Shown in pieces: positions 49,655-59,075 of a stretch of 64,000 bases of DNA. Position 1 is the stretch's first letter; each line of letters starts with the position of its first letter. The notes beneath the pieces are model-generated. The model did no database searches. It was not told where the DNA came from and was given only the letters and a program-made list of their open reading frames with translations. Origin of the DNA: Candidatus Dormibacteraceae bacterium (GTDB lineage Bacteria > Chloroflexota > Dormibacteria > Dormibacterales > Dormibacteraceae); assembly GCA_050734495.1 (NCBI GenBank), contig JBOHUQ010000126.1, positions 7,646-71,645 on the forward strand, given 5' to 3'. The position numbers were made by a program, and so were the translations under genes.

Positions 49655-50575
49655 TTAGGCGGAGCGGCGCGCTCGCTTGGGCCGCGCGTCACCGCGCGAA
49701 TCGGCCAGCTCCTGCAACCGGCGCAAGCGGTGGTTGACCGCGGACTTCGAAAGCTTCATCTGCCCCGCAAGCTCGCCCAGGTTCAACTCAGGGTGCTCGC
49801 TCCGCCAGCGGGCCATCTCGCGCAGAGCCGGGGGGAGGCGCTCGAGCCCAACGCTGACCTCGAGCCGCTCGATCGCGGCCGCCTGGCGGAGGCCCGATCC
49901 GATCGTCTTGCCGATGTTGGCCGTTTCGAAGTTGAGCCGGCGGTTCACCTCGCCGCTCACCTCGCGCATCACCCGCACGCTCTCGAAATCCATGACCGCG
50001 CGGCTGGCGCCCATCAGGGAAAGCAGACGCACGATGGCGTCACCCTCTTTGAGGTAGGCGACCTGCTGGCCGCCACGCTCCATGAGGCCGACCTTGACGT
50101 CGGCCAAACCGGCCATGTCAGAGACGGCGGCCGCCCACGTGCTGGTGGGGACTACGAACTCGAGGTGGTAGCGCGAGCTCGGTACGTTGACCGAGCCGCA
50201 GCCGAGGAAAAGACCTCGCAGCATCGCCTTCCTGTCACACGCCGCATCCGGTACAGCGCGCATCGCGGACTGGGTGAACGCCGGCACGAGCCCCTGTGGC
50301 AGCCCGAGCTCGATGAAAAAGGACATGCGCTTTCGGGTCTTGACGGCCTGGTATTTCGCTTCCATCGGTCCCACCGCGCGACCCAGCCTCACCACCTTTC
50401 GTGCCACAGCGTTTCGCAGCAGTGAGAAGTACGCCGCCCGGCCGGGCTCACCCGATCGTTTGATCAGCCGCGCGCGCGAGCCGAAGTAGATCCCCAGCAG
50501 CTCGCTGAGCTGGCAGCACGGTCGCGCCGGCATGAGCCCGGCCATCTCGTTCTTGACGTCAGCCGAGAACGAAAT
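49655..50575 (-). CDS. whiA: DNA-binding protein WhiA; probable ATT start
   Basis: (M)SFSADVKNEMAG...PCCQLSELLG N-terminus, LAGLIDADG-like middle region and C-terminal HTH LGELAGQMKLSKSAVNHRLRRL. GGAGG lies 6 nt upstream of ATT 50575. The nearest canonical in-frame start is GTG 50641. Confidence 0.85.
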   Translation of the reverse strand: MSFSADVKNEMAGLMPARPCCQLSELLGIYFGSRARLIKRSGEPGRAAYFSLLRNAVARKVVRLGRAVGPMEAKYQAVKTRKRMSFFIELGLPQGLVPAFTQSAMRAVPDAACDRKAMLRGLFLGCGSVNVPSSRYHLEFVVPTSTWAAAVSDMAGLADVKVGLMERGGQQVAYLKEGDAIVRLLSLMGASRAVMDFESVRVMREVSGEVNRRLNFETANIGKTIGSGLRQAAAIERLEVSVGLERLPPALREMARWRSEHPELNLGELAGQMKLSKSAVNHRLRRLQELADSRGDARPKRARRSA

Positions 50576-50717
50576 CGCGTACCTCCATTGGAGAAATAGC
50601 TTGCCCCGCCCCAGATCGCAGTGTATATCTCCCCTCGCCACCAGGTGGAGGGTGGCGCGCAGCGCCGGGTGGAGGACGAGCACTCCAGAACCAGGTCGGG
50701 CGAAGGACAATGAACAG

Positions 50718-51701
50718 GTGGCTGAGCTGAGGATGATCGAGGCGGTGCGCGCCGCCCTCGGCGAGGAGATGGAGCGCGACGACCGAGTGCTCGTCATGGG
50801 TGAGGACGTGGGCCGGAAGGGCGGGGTGTTCGGAGCGACTGACGGCCTCTACGCGCGCTTCGGCGAGGCACGTGTGCTCGACACCCCGCTCGCGGAGTCG
50901 GCCATCGTCGGCGTCGCCATCGGTGCCGCGCTGAACGGTCTCATCCCGATCGCCGAGATCCAGTTCGCGGATTTCATCCACCCCGCCTTCGACCAGATCG
51001 TGAGCGAGGCGGCGCGGACCCGCTACCGGTCCAACGGGGACTGGGCCGTGCCGATCGTCATCCGCACGCCGTTCGGCGGCGGAGTCCATGGCGGGCTCTA
51101 CCACTCACAGTCGATCGAGGCTTTCTACGCCCACGTTCCAGGCTTGAAGGTCGTGGTGCCGAGCATGCCCGCGGACGCGCACGGGCTGCTCAAGTCGGCG
51201 ATCCGCGACCCGGATCCGGTGCTTTTCCTCGAGCACAAGAAGGTCTACCGGCTCGTCACCGAAGAGGTCCCGGACGGCGACCACCTCGTCCCGATCGGTC
51301 CCGCCTTGGTGCGCCGCGAGGGCACGAACCTGAGCTGCTTCGCCTGGGGGCTCATGACCCACTACTGCCTCGAGGCCGCGGAGCAGATGCAGGCCGAAGG
51401 GGTGAGCGTGGAGGTGGTCGACCTTCGCACGCTGGCGCCGCTCGACCGGGACACGATCCTGGAATCGGTGCGCAAGACAGGCAAGGGGATGGTCGTGCAC
51501 GAGGACAACCTGACCGGCGGCTTCGGCGCCGAGGTCGCGGCCATCATCTCGGAGCACGCTTTCGGTGACCTCGACGGGCCGGTGGTCCGGGTCGCGGCGC
51601 CGGACATCCCCGCCATGCCGTTCAACTCACCGCAGGAGGAGTTCTTCATGCCCAGCCCGCGCAAAATCGCCGAGGCGATGAGAAAACTTGCCGCGTACTA
51701 A
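50718..51701 (+). CDS. alpha-ketoacid dehydrogenase E1 component beta subunit
   Basis: VMGEDVG, VLDTPLAES and IQFADF are present, with a C-terminal transketolase-like domain. I chose the GTG at 50718; ATG 50733 is an alternative. Confidence 0.88.
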   Translation: MAELRMIEAVRAALGEEMERDDRVLVMGEDVGRKGGVFGATDGLYARFGEARVLDTPLAESAIVGVAIGAALNGLIPIAEIQFADFIHPAFDQIVSEAARTRYRSNGDWAVPIVIRTPFGGGVHGGLYHSQSIEAFYAHVPGLKVVVPSMPADAHGLLKSAIRDPDPVLFLEHKKVYRLVTEEVPDGDHLVPIGPALVRREGTNLSCFAWGLMTHYCLEAAEQMQAEGVSVEVVDLRTLAPLDRDTILESVRKTGKGMVVHEDNLTGGFGAEVAAIISEHAFGDLDGPVVRVAAPDIPAMPFNSPQEEFFMPSPRKIAEAMRKLAAY

Positions 51702-51792
51702 GCGCACAGACAAAGCCGGACCCCCCCACACCCTCCCTCCCCAGCGAGCGGAGAGGGCGACTTACCCCTCAATCTCTGCGACCGAATATTCC

Positions 51793-52935
51793 ATGCGGCG
51801 CGAGGCGGTTGCCGCTGGCATGGAAGCCGCCGGCCTCGACGCGATCTGCGTTTTCTACCCCGCCCGAGTCGCCTACCTGACCGGCTTTCACCACATTCCC
51901 ACCGAGCGCCCCATCGCGCTCGTGCTCGGTCCCCAAACCAAGGCGGTGCTGGTGGTGCCGGCGGTCGAAAAAGAGCACGCCGAATCCTCGACTTCGCTGG
52001 ATCGCATCGACGTCTATTTCGAGTACCCGGGGGCCGAGCATCCGATGGAGAGGGTGTCCGCGATCCTATCCGAGAGCGGCGCCCGGCCCGCGCGAACCGG
52101 TGCCGACCACGACGGCTACATCCCCTACTGGGGCTACCGGGGACCGCTCCTCAGCGACCTGACCGGCCATCGAGCCTTCGACGCCGAGCTGATCATCGAG
52201 TCGCTCCGGCGCGTCAAGTCGCCCGCCGAGATCGCCTGCATCCAGCTGAGCTGCGACTGGGCGGTGCGCGCGCATCGCCGGATGCAGTCAGCGATCAAGA
52301 CGGGCAAGACCGAGATGGAGATCTACGCGCCCATGGTCACGCAAACGCTGGAGGAGATGCTGCGCGAGATGCCGGGCTGGCGCCCTCGCTCATTCGCCGG
52401 CAATGGCCTGGAATCGATGTTCGTGGCGGGCCGCTCGACGGCAATGCCTCACGGGTTTGTGCGCGGCCATGGCATACAAACGGGCGATGTGCTGGTGAGC
52501 GGCGCGAGCGCCGACATCGACGGCTACCTGAGCGAGCTGGAGCGGACGATGATCGTAGGCGAGCCGGCGCCAGAGCAGAAGCGGGCATTCGACGCGATGC
52601 TGGCGCTCCAGACCCGGGCGATCGAGGTCATGGCGCCGGGGGTGCCCGCGGGTGAGGTCGAGCTGGCCACGGTGCGGTTGGCCGAGGAGCTCGGCGTCAC
52701 CGGCAACCTGCGCCACCACGCCGGCCATTCGATCGGGCTCGAGGGCCACGAGGCGCCATTCCTCGACCGAGGTGAGGAGACGGTGCTCGAGGCCGGCATG
52801 GTGTTCACGGTCGAGCCAGGCGTCTACGTCAAGGAGCTGGGCGGCTTTCGGCACTCCGACACGGTGGTCATCACCGACAGCGGCTGCCGCGTCATGACGG
52901 ACTACCCGCGCGACCTGAAGGATCTCGTGATTTGA
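51793..52935 (+). CDS. M24 family metallopeptidase (Xaa-Pro peptidase/creatinase-like)
   Basis: Metal ligands lie in DIDGYLSELERT, HHAGHSIGLEGHE and TVEPG. An alternative TTG start at 51688 overlaps the E1-beta end. Confidence 0.85.
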   Translation: MRREAVAAGMEAAGLDAICVFYPARVAYLTGFHHIPTERPIALVLGPQTKAVLVVPAVEKEHAESSTSLDRIDVYFEYPGAEHPMERVSAILSESGARPARTGADHDGYIPYWGYRGPLLSDLTGHRAFDAELIIESLRRVKSPAEIACIQLSCDWAVRAHRRMQSAIKTGKTEMEIYAPMVTQTLEEMLREMPGWRPRSFAGNGLESMFVAGRSTAMPHGFVRGHGIQTGDVLVSGASADIDGYLSELERTMIVGEPAPEQKRAFDAMLALQTRAIEVMAPGVPAGEVELATVRLAEELGVTGNLRHHAGHSIGLEGHEAPFLDRGEETVLEAGMVFTVEPGVYVKELGGFRHSDTVVITDSGCRVMTDYPRDLKDLVI

Positions 52936-52962
52936 AAGCGAGGTTCGGCGGAGGGCCGATCC

Positions 52963-54852
52963 TCACGCAGTAACCGCCTCGGGCTCGTGCGCGGGCCGAA
53001 CCTTGCTCGTGTACATGTGCAGCACCGTTACGCCGTCGGTCGTGTGGCGGCGCACGCGATCGACAGCCATCGGAGGCAGCATGCCCTGGTCCTGCACCGT
53101 CACCAGCGTCTCTTTGGGCGCGACCGTCCTCCATACCTCGCCCACCATCTCCCGCGGAAGGCTGCCGGGCATGTAGACGTATCGCCGGTTCCTCACGTGG
53201 TCGCGGGCGAGCATCTCCGCGCGAGCAAACCCGTCATGTGCCGAGAAATCCCTGAGATAGGGGTCGGCAACCTCGAGCAGCTCGTGGTGCTGGTTGGGGT
53301 GGCGATCGCCTCTATAGAGGAAGACGGCGCCACGACCGGCCGCGGCCTGGATGGCGGCGGCGATCACAGCCTCGGCCGCGAGCTGGTCGTGAGGCAGGAT
53401 GACCAGCACCTCCCCGGCCGATCGCCGTTTGCCAAGCGCGGTGGCGATCGATTCCGCCGCGCGCAGAGGCCGGAACGGCACGGGGAACACGCTCGGTCTT
53501 CGCGATCGGTAGTACCGGTATGTCATGAGGCCGATGACAAGCCCAACGACCGTCAGCCCACCTCCAAACTCGGTGGCGCGCGGCTTGTAGATGAGGTTGA
53601 CAGACCAGGCGACGACGACCAGGATCGTGGTCACGACGCCGATCAGAAATATCGGGACGGCAATTGCCGTCCACGTTGGGCGCTCGCGCCAGCGCACCAC
53701 GTCCAGGCTGAGGCACGTGAGCACAAACGTGCCCAGCAAACCGAAGGCGTAGAGGTCACCGAGCAGGGGGACCTGGGCCTGCGCGCCGATCGTGATCACG
53801 ACTGGCATGGCGACGGCAACGAGGATCGACCAGTGCGGCGTCACGCGCCACCGGTTCCTGCGCTCGAGGGCGCGGGGCAAGAATCCCATGCGAGCCAGGG
53901 CGATGAAGACGTGATAGGCACCGATGATCGCCGTGTTGCTGGCGAAGACCAGGAGCATTGAGCCGGAGACGGCGACGTAGTCGCCGAGCAGGCGCCCCGT
54001 GACGTGAGCTCCCAGAAGAGAGATGAACTGGTTGGGGTCCCCATTTGGATCGAGCAGGGTGGTCGACCACAGCGTGAGCAGCGGGCTCGTTATCGCCATC
54101 GTGAGCACGACGGCCGTCATCGCTCGAAAGGCGACTTTCTTGCGGGGCTCCCGCATCGCCGGTGCAAGCTGGGCGACGCTCTCCAGCCCCGAGAAGGCCA
54201 GGAACGCCGCTCCGTAGCCGGTGATCAGCAAGAGTGGCGTCAGCGGCGTTCCGTGCGTGATCGCGCTGAAGCTGCGCAGCACGCCGGCAGGCCCGAGGTA
54301 GGCCGCCGTGGCGAACACCACGGCCAGCTGGCCCGCTCCGGCAAGGCACGCGACGAAGGCGGTCGCCCGCGCGCTCTCCTTGATGCCGAGCAGGTTGAGG
54401 ATTCCCAGCGCGATCAACGCGCCAACGGTGGCCTGCAGCGCCACGTTCTTCAAGGACGGCATCACGACCGCCAGGTACAGGACCCCGGACAGCGCGCTCA
54501 GCGCTGCGGTCAGAAAGTAGTCGACCAGGATCATCAGGCCCCCGAGCAACCCTGCAAAGGGGTGCAGCGCGTGCGATGCGACGTTGACGACTCCGCCCCC
54601 TTCCGGGTAGCGCCACGTGACCTCGGCATACTTCACGCACAGAAGCACGAAGACGAACAGCGTCATCAATACGAACAGGGCGGCGCGCGAGCCGAAGGGG
54701 CCGTACAGAATGCCCGGCACGTAGTAGACCGAGGTGCCGATGTCCGCGAACACCACGGCCCAGCACAGAAAGGGCCCCAGGCTTCCGCCGCGGACCTTGA
54801 TCCTGCGGCGGGACGGCGTAATGGCGTGGCTCAATCGCTGTCCTGGTTGCAA
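52963..54852 (-). CDS. APC family amino acid permease with C-terminal cytoplasmic (USP-like) domain
   Basis: A 12-TM core (FADIGTSVYYVPG) is followed by about 190 aa of soluble tail. TTG start. Confidence 0.8.
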   Translation of the reverse strand: MQPGQRLSHAITPSRRRIKVRGGSLGPFLCWAVVFADIGTSVYYVPGILYGPFGSRAALFVLMTLFVFVLLCVKYAEVTWRYPEGGGVVNVASHALHPFAGLLGGLMILVDYFLTAALSALSGVLYLAVVMPSLKNVALQATVGALIALGILNLLGIKESARATAFVACLAGAGQLAVVFATAAYLGPAGVLRSFSAITHGTPLTPLLLITGYGAAFLAFSGLESVAQLAPAMREPRKKVAFRAMTAVVLTMAITSPLLTLWSTTLLDPNGDPNQFISLLGAHVTGRLLGDYVAVSGSMLLVFASNTAIIGAYHVFIALARMGFLPRALERRNRWRVTPHWSILVAVAMPVVITIGAQAQVPLLGDLYAFGLLGTFVLTCLSLDVVRWRERPTWTAIAVPIFLIGVVTTILVVVAWSVNLIYKPRATEFGGGLTVVGLVIGLMTYRYYRSRRPSVFPVPFRPLRAAESIATALGKRRSAGEVLVILPHDQLAAEAVIAAAIQAAAGRGAVFLYRGDRHPNQHHELLEVADPYLRDFSAHDGFARAEMLARDHVRNRRYVYMPGSLPREMVGEVWRTVAPKETLVTVQDQGMLPPMAVDRVRRHTTDGVTVLHMYTSKVRPAHEPEAVTA

Positions 54853-55036
54853 TGTTCGCCGAGGTGGCGACCCACCTTCCGGCGCTCGCCGGCGGTCCCC
54901 GCCTCCGGGAGCTGGAGGACGGCGTTTCGCATGTCTTCAAAGGTAGGAGCCTGATCGTTAGGTCGCCGTTTGGCCCAGGCCGGAATCGCTATGGATTCTG
55001 TATGGACGCCGGTCCGATCATTTAACCTCGGCTGAG

Positions 55037-56887
55037 ATGAGTCCCGACGCCGTCGCTCGCCGTGGGCGCCGCCCCGGCGATCTCCGAGTCCTCGTCGGCC
55101 GGGCCGCCAAGCTGCCTCGCACCCTCGGAGCGCCTGCCCTGTTCGCCGCCAGCTACGGCAACGTCGGGTCCAGCATCTACTACGCCCTGGGCGTCACCGC
55201 GGCGTTCGCACTTGGGCTCACGCCGCTGGCTCTGATACTGGCGGGCCTGATCTTCGTCAGCACCGCCCTCAACTACGCCGAGGGCTCCGCTGCGCTGCCG
55301 CACGCCGGCGGAAGCTCCCAGTTCGCGCGCCGCGCTTTCAACGCACCGATCGGCTTCCTGGTGGGCTGGGTCCAGCTGCTCAACTACACGGCCACTGTCT
55401 CGATCTCCGCTTACTTCGCGATCAGCTACCTCGGAGTCTTCGGCAAATACTTCTGGCTTTTCGGAGAGTTCAAGTCGTCGGAGCCATGGCACATCGGCGC
55501 CACCGTCGTGCTGATCGGCTTGCTGATCATCGTCAACGTGATCGGCATCCAGGAGTCGAGCGCGCTCAACCTGACGCTGGCCCTGACGGACCTGGTCACG
55601 CAATTTGCGCTGGTCATCCTGGGGATCGTCTTCCTGCTCAGGATCCGGACCGTGATCAGCAACGTGCACCTTGGAGTGGCCCCGACGTGGGGCAACTTCC
55701 TGGCCAGCATCTCCATCGCGATGGTCACCTACACAGGCATCGAGACGATCTCCAACATGTCCGAAGAGGTCAAGAACCCCGGCCGCAGCGTGCCGCGAGC
55801 GACGTTTGCGGTGATCGCGGCGGTGCTCTTCGTTTCGGCTTTCCTGCCGACGATCGGCATGAGCGTGTTTCCGGTTCATCTCACCGACGGCCAGTACACG
55901 ACGGCCCTGGCCACCAGCTACAAGTCCGACCCCGTGGCCGGCATCGTCACCGGTTTCAATTCGGTGTCGACGGCGCTCGCCTTCTGGGCCGGCATCTGGG
56001 TCGGCTTCCTCGCGTTCACCATCCTGGTGATCGCGACCAACGCCGGCTTGATCGGGATCTCGCGGCTGAGCTATTCGCTCGCAGGCGCCGACCTGCTTCC
56101 GCATCGATTCGCCCGCCTGCATCCGAAATTCAGGACGCCATACATCTCGATCATCGTTTTCGGCGTCGCCGCGGCTGTGCTCGTCTTACCTGGAATCTTC
56201 GTGCACGGCGAGGAGATCGACCTGTTGGGCTCGGTCTACGCGCTGGCGGCAACCTTCGCTTTCTGCTCCGCGCATCTCTCAGTGATGCGACTGCGGTTCA
56301 TCGAGCCGAACCTCTATCGCCCATATCGCATGCCCTGGAACATCAAGTTCGGCCGCGACAGCATCCCGGTCCTGTCGCTGCTTGGAGCGCTCGCGATCGG
56401 CACCGTGTTCACACAGCTCATGTCGCAGAACATCTCGAACTCTTCCTATATCTATATCGGCTGGTTGCTTCTCGGTGGATTCACCTTCGTCGTCTATCGC
56501 CGCTACCGAAAGCAGCCGCTCTGGGAGCCGCTCGAGGTGCCGCCTCCACTGGATCGCGAGGTCGAGCACCTCCCGGCCGCACCGATGCCGAGCTCAGCGC
56601 GCTACAAGCACGGGCGGCGTGTCGCGGCCCAGGCGGCACTGGCGCCCCAACAACATCGCCGTCACCGGCCGGGCTGGCAGCTCGAATTCGAGCTGTTCTT
56701 CGCGCGCCACGGAGCCGCGCGCGGCCTCCTGATCGTCATGGTGTTCGCGGCCGTCAGCGGCCTGGCGGTCGGCGTCGACCTCTCGAATTACGACCCGTTC
56801 GGCCCAGGCCTCGGCTGGTCGCCGGGCATCGTCCTGGTGGCCCTGATCGCCGCCTACCTGCTGAACCGCAGCCACGGGGAGCAATAA
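55037..56887 (+). CDS. APC family amino acid/polyamine permease with extra C-terminal TM pair
   Basis: The core carries GNVGSSIYYALG. The C-terminus adds a charged linker and two more hydrophobic helices. Confidence 0.8.
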   Translation: MSPDAVARRGRRPGDLRVLVGRAAKLPRTLGAPALFAASYGNVGSSIYYALGVTAAFALGLTPLALILAGLIFVSTALNYAEGSAALPHAGGSSQFARRAFNAPIGFLVGWVQLLNYTATVSISAYFAISYLGVFGKYFWLFGEFKSSEPWHIGATVVLIGLLIIVNVIGIQESSALNLTLALTDLVTQFALVILGIVFLLRIRTVISNVHLGVAPTWGNFLASISIAMVTYTGIETISNMSEEVKNPGRSVPRATFAVIAAVLFVSAFLPTIGMSVFPVHLTDGQYTTALATSYKSDPVAGIVTGFNSVSTALAFWAGIWVGFLAFTILVIATNAGLIGISRLSYSLAGADLLPHRFARLHPKFRTPYISIIVFGVAAAVLVLPGIFVHGEEIDLLGSVYALAATFAFCSAHLSVMRLRFIEPNLYRPYRMPWNIKFGRDSIPVLSLLGALAIGTVFTQLMSQNISNSSYIYIGWLLLGGFTFVVYRRYRKQPLWEPLEVPPPLDREVEHLPAAPMPSSARYKHGRRVAAQAALAPQQHRRHRPGWQLEFELFFARHGAARGLLIVMVFAAVSGLAVGVDLSNYDPFGPGLGWSPGIVLVALIAAYLLNRSHGEQ

Positions 56888-56908
56888 CCTCCTCCCAATA
56901 GGGGAGGG

Positions 56909-57589
56909 TTACCCGTCCAGCCGGTATCCGACTCCCGGCTCGTTGACTATGTAGCGCGGGTTGGCCGGGTCGTCGCCCAACTTCTTGCGGATCTGGGCCA
57001 CCACGTAACGGGTGTTGTACTTGTCGCCGATCGCGTAGTCGCCCCAAACCTGTCGCAAAAGCGTCGTGTGGGTCACCGGCTTGCCCGCGTGAAGCGCGAG
57101 AAAGCGCAGCAGCTCGTACTCGGTGGGCGTCAGCCGAACCAGCTTCCCCTGGACCGTGACGGTGCGGCGTCCGATGTCGATCTCCAGGTCGCCCGACCGG
57201 ATCACCGGTTCGCCCGCCGTCACGTCGGCCTGGCGGCGCAGCACCGCGCGAATCCGAGCGACCAGCTCCCCTGTGCCAAACGGCTTGACCATGTAGTCGT
57301 CCGCGCCCGCGTCAAGGGCACGCACCTTGTCCCTTTCTTCCGGCATGACGCTGACGACGATCACCGCCGCGCGAGTCGCGGGTCTCAACGCTTTCAGCGT
57401 CGCGAACCCATCCATCCCAGGCAAGCCGAGGTCGAGGAGGATCACGTCCGGCCGCCACGTGGCCGCCTCGCTGATCGCCTGCTCCCCGCTCCCCACGGCG
57501 CGCACTTCGAAGTCGTGATAGCCGAGGCCGGTGCGTAGGGCCCTCTGCATCTCGATCTCATCGTCGACGACGAGCACTCTGCCGCTCAC
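56909..57589 (-). CDS. OmpR/KdpE-type response regulator
   Basis: Receiver VLVVDDE...ILLDLGLPGMDG and a winged-helix C-terminus ending GVGYRL. Confidence 0.92.
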   Translation of the reverse strand: MSGRVLVVDDEIEMQRALRTGLGYHDFEVRAVGSGEQAISEAATWRPDVILLDLGLPGMDGFATLKALRPATRAAVIVVSVMPEERDKVRALDAGADDYMVKPFGTGELVARIRAVLRRQADVTAGEPVIRSGDLEIDIGRRTVTVQGKLVRLTPTEYELLRFLALHAGKPVTHTTLLRQVWGDYAIGDKYNTRYVVAQIRKKLGDDPANPRYIVNEPGVGYRLDG

Positions 57590-57590
57590 A

Positions 57591-59075
57591 TCACAGCGCC
57601 CGCGCTCGAGGAGTCACAACGTGAGCGAGCGGAAACGTGAAGGTGAAACGTGGACCGCGGCGCCGGTTCTCGGCGCGAATGGTTCCTCCGTGCGCCTCGA
57701 CCACCCGCTTGCAGATGGCAAGGCCCAGGCCGCTCCCGCGCACGCGGCGTGTCCAGAACGTGTCGAAGATGCGATCGAGGTCACCAGTCGGAACGGGCGG
57801 ACCTTCGTTCTCCACCCATGCCTCGAGCATTCCGTCCCGGGGCGACGCGCCAACCTCGATCAGGCCACCCGGCGGGGCCCACTCGTGTGCGTTCTCGAGC
57901 AGGTTCGCCACCACCCTTCCGGCCTGCACCTCGTCGACATCCACCGGCGGCAGGTCGTCCGGCAGCTCGACCACGAGACGGTTGCTTGCGAGCTCGATCC
58001 GCAGGTGCCGGGTCGCGTTGGCGACGAGATCAGAGAACCCATGGGCTTCGCGGTCGAGCTGCAAGCCCGCCTCGAGACGCGACAGGGCCAGCAGGTCGCC
58101 GACCATGCGGTCGAGCCGGCTCGCCTGGCGATCGAGGTCGACGAGCAGGTCCCGCTGCTCCGTCTGCAGCCCGGCCTGCGGCGCGGCCAGCGCAGTGAGG
58201 CCTGTGCGCAGCGAAGCGATAGGGCTCTTCAGCTCGTGAGACAAGGACGAGAGGATGGCAGTCTTGAGACGGTCCGAAGACTCGAGCCCTCGAGCCCTCT
58301 CCGACTCGAGCGCAGCTCGGCGACGGTCCATCAACAGGTCGGCGAGCCCGATGAGGGCCGCCACCACGCGCAGCTCATCCGGCGTGACGTGCTCTTCGTC
58401 GATACCGATGACGGCCGCCCCGCTGGCGAGCGGCAGGTAAACCGGCGCGGAGTCCGCCGGGTGCTTGCGCACGACCGAGACCACGCCATCGCGGACCGCG
58501 ATCCCGATCGCCCTGCCGTTCTCGTGAGACCACGCCGCCTGGTTGAGCTCGGCCGGGCTGAGGTCGCCGCCGCCGAGCGCGCTGGGTTGGCCCGAGTCCA
58601 CCGCCACGAGAGCGAACCTGCTCACTGACGGCTGCTCCAGGGCGCGCTTGCAGAGCATCGCGAGCGCCGCGTTCACCTCCGCCGAACGAAGCGCCGCCGT
58701 GGCCACCTCGTAAAGGGCGCGTGACTCTCGTGCCCGCGCCTCGGCGGTCGCTCGGGAGCGGCGCGAGGAGGCGGCGAGCTGGCTCGTGACCAGGGCCACC
58801 GCAAGCAGGACGAAGAGCTCCAGCACGTTGGCGGAGTCGCGGACGGTGAACGTGTTCACCGGAGGGACGAAGAAGAAGTCGTAAAGGAGGAATGCGCCGA
58901 TGCTTCCGATCACTGCGGGACCTCTGCCCCAACGGGCTCCAAGCCAGAGGATGAGGAGCAGGTAGATTGCCGACAGGCCGGGCACCGAAGTCAGCGAATT
59001 GATCAGCCAGACAACCGCCGTGATAGCGATCACACCCGCGATCGCGACCGCGTAAGGCGCGAAGCGGCGTGTCAT
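57591..59075 (-). CDS. sensor histidine kinase with KdpD-type DUF4118 membrane domain (no N-terminal KdpD/Usp module)
   Basis: Membrane domain ...LLILWLGARWGRGPAVIGSIGAFLLYDFFFVPP. H-box SHELKSPI, N-box NLLENAHEW and G-box GSGLGLAI are present. The ATG at 59075 overlaps the DUF2332 stop (ATGA). Confidence 0.88.
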   Translation of the reverse strand: MTRRFAPYAVAIAGVIAITAVVWLINSLTSVPGLSAIYLLLILWLGARWGRGPAVIGSIGAFLLYDFFFVPPVNTFTVRDSANVLELFVLLAVALVTSQLAASSRRSRATAEARARESRALYEVATAALRSAEVNAALAMLCKRALEQPSVSRFALVAVDSGQPSALGGGDLSPAELNQAAWSHENGRAIGIAVRDGVVSVVRKHPADSAPVYLPLASGAAVIGIDEEHVTPDELRVVAALIGLADLLMDRRRAALESERARGLESSDRLKTAILSSLSHELKSPIASLRTGLTALAAPQAGLQTEQRDLLVDLDRQASRLDRMVGDLLALSRLEAGLQLDREAHGFSDLVANATRHLRIELASNRLVVELPDDLPPVDVDEVQAGRVVANLLENAHEWAPPGGLIEVGASPRDGMLEAWVENEGPPVPTGDLDRIFDTFWTRRVRGSGLGLAICKRVVEAHGGTIRAENRRRGPRFTFTFPLAHVVTPRARAL

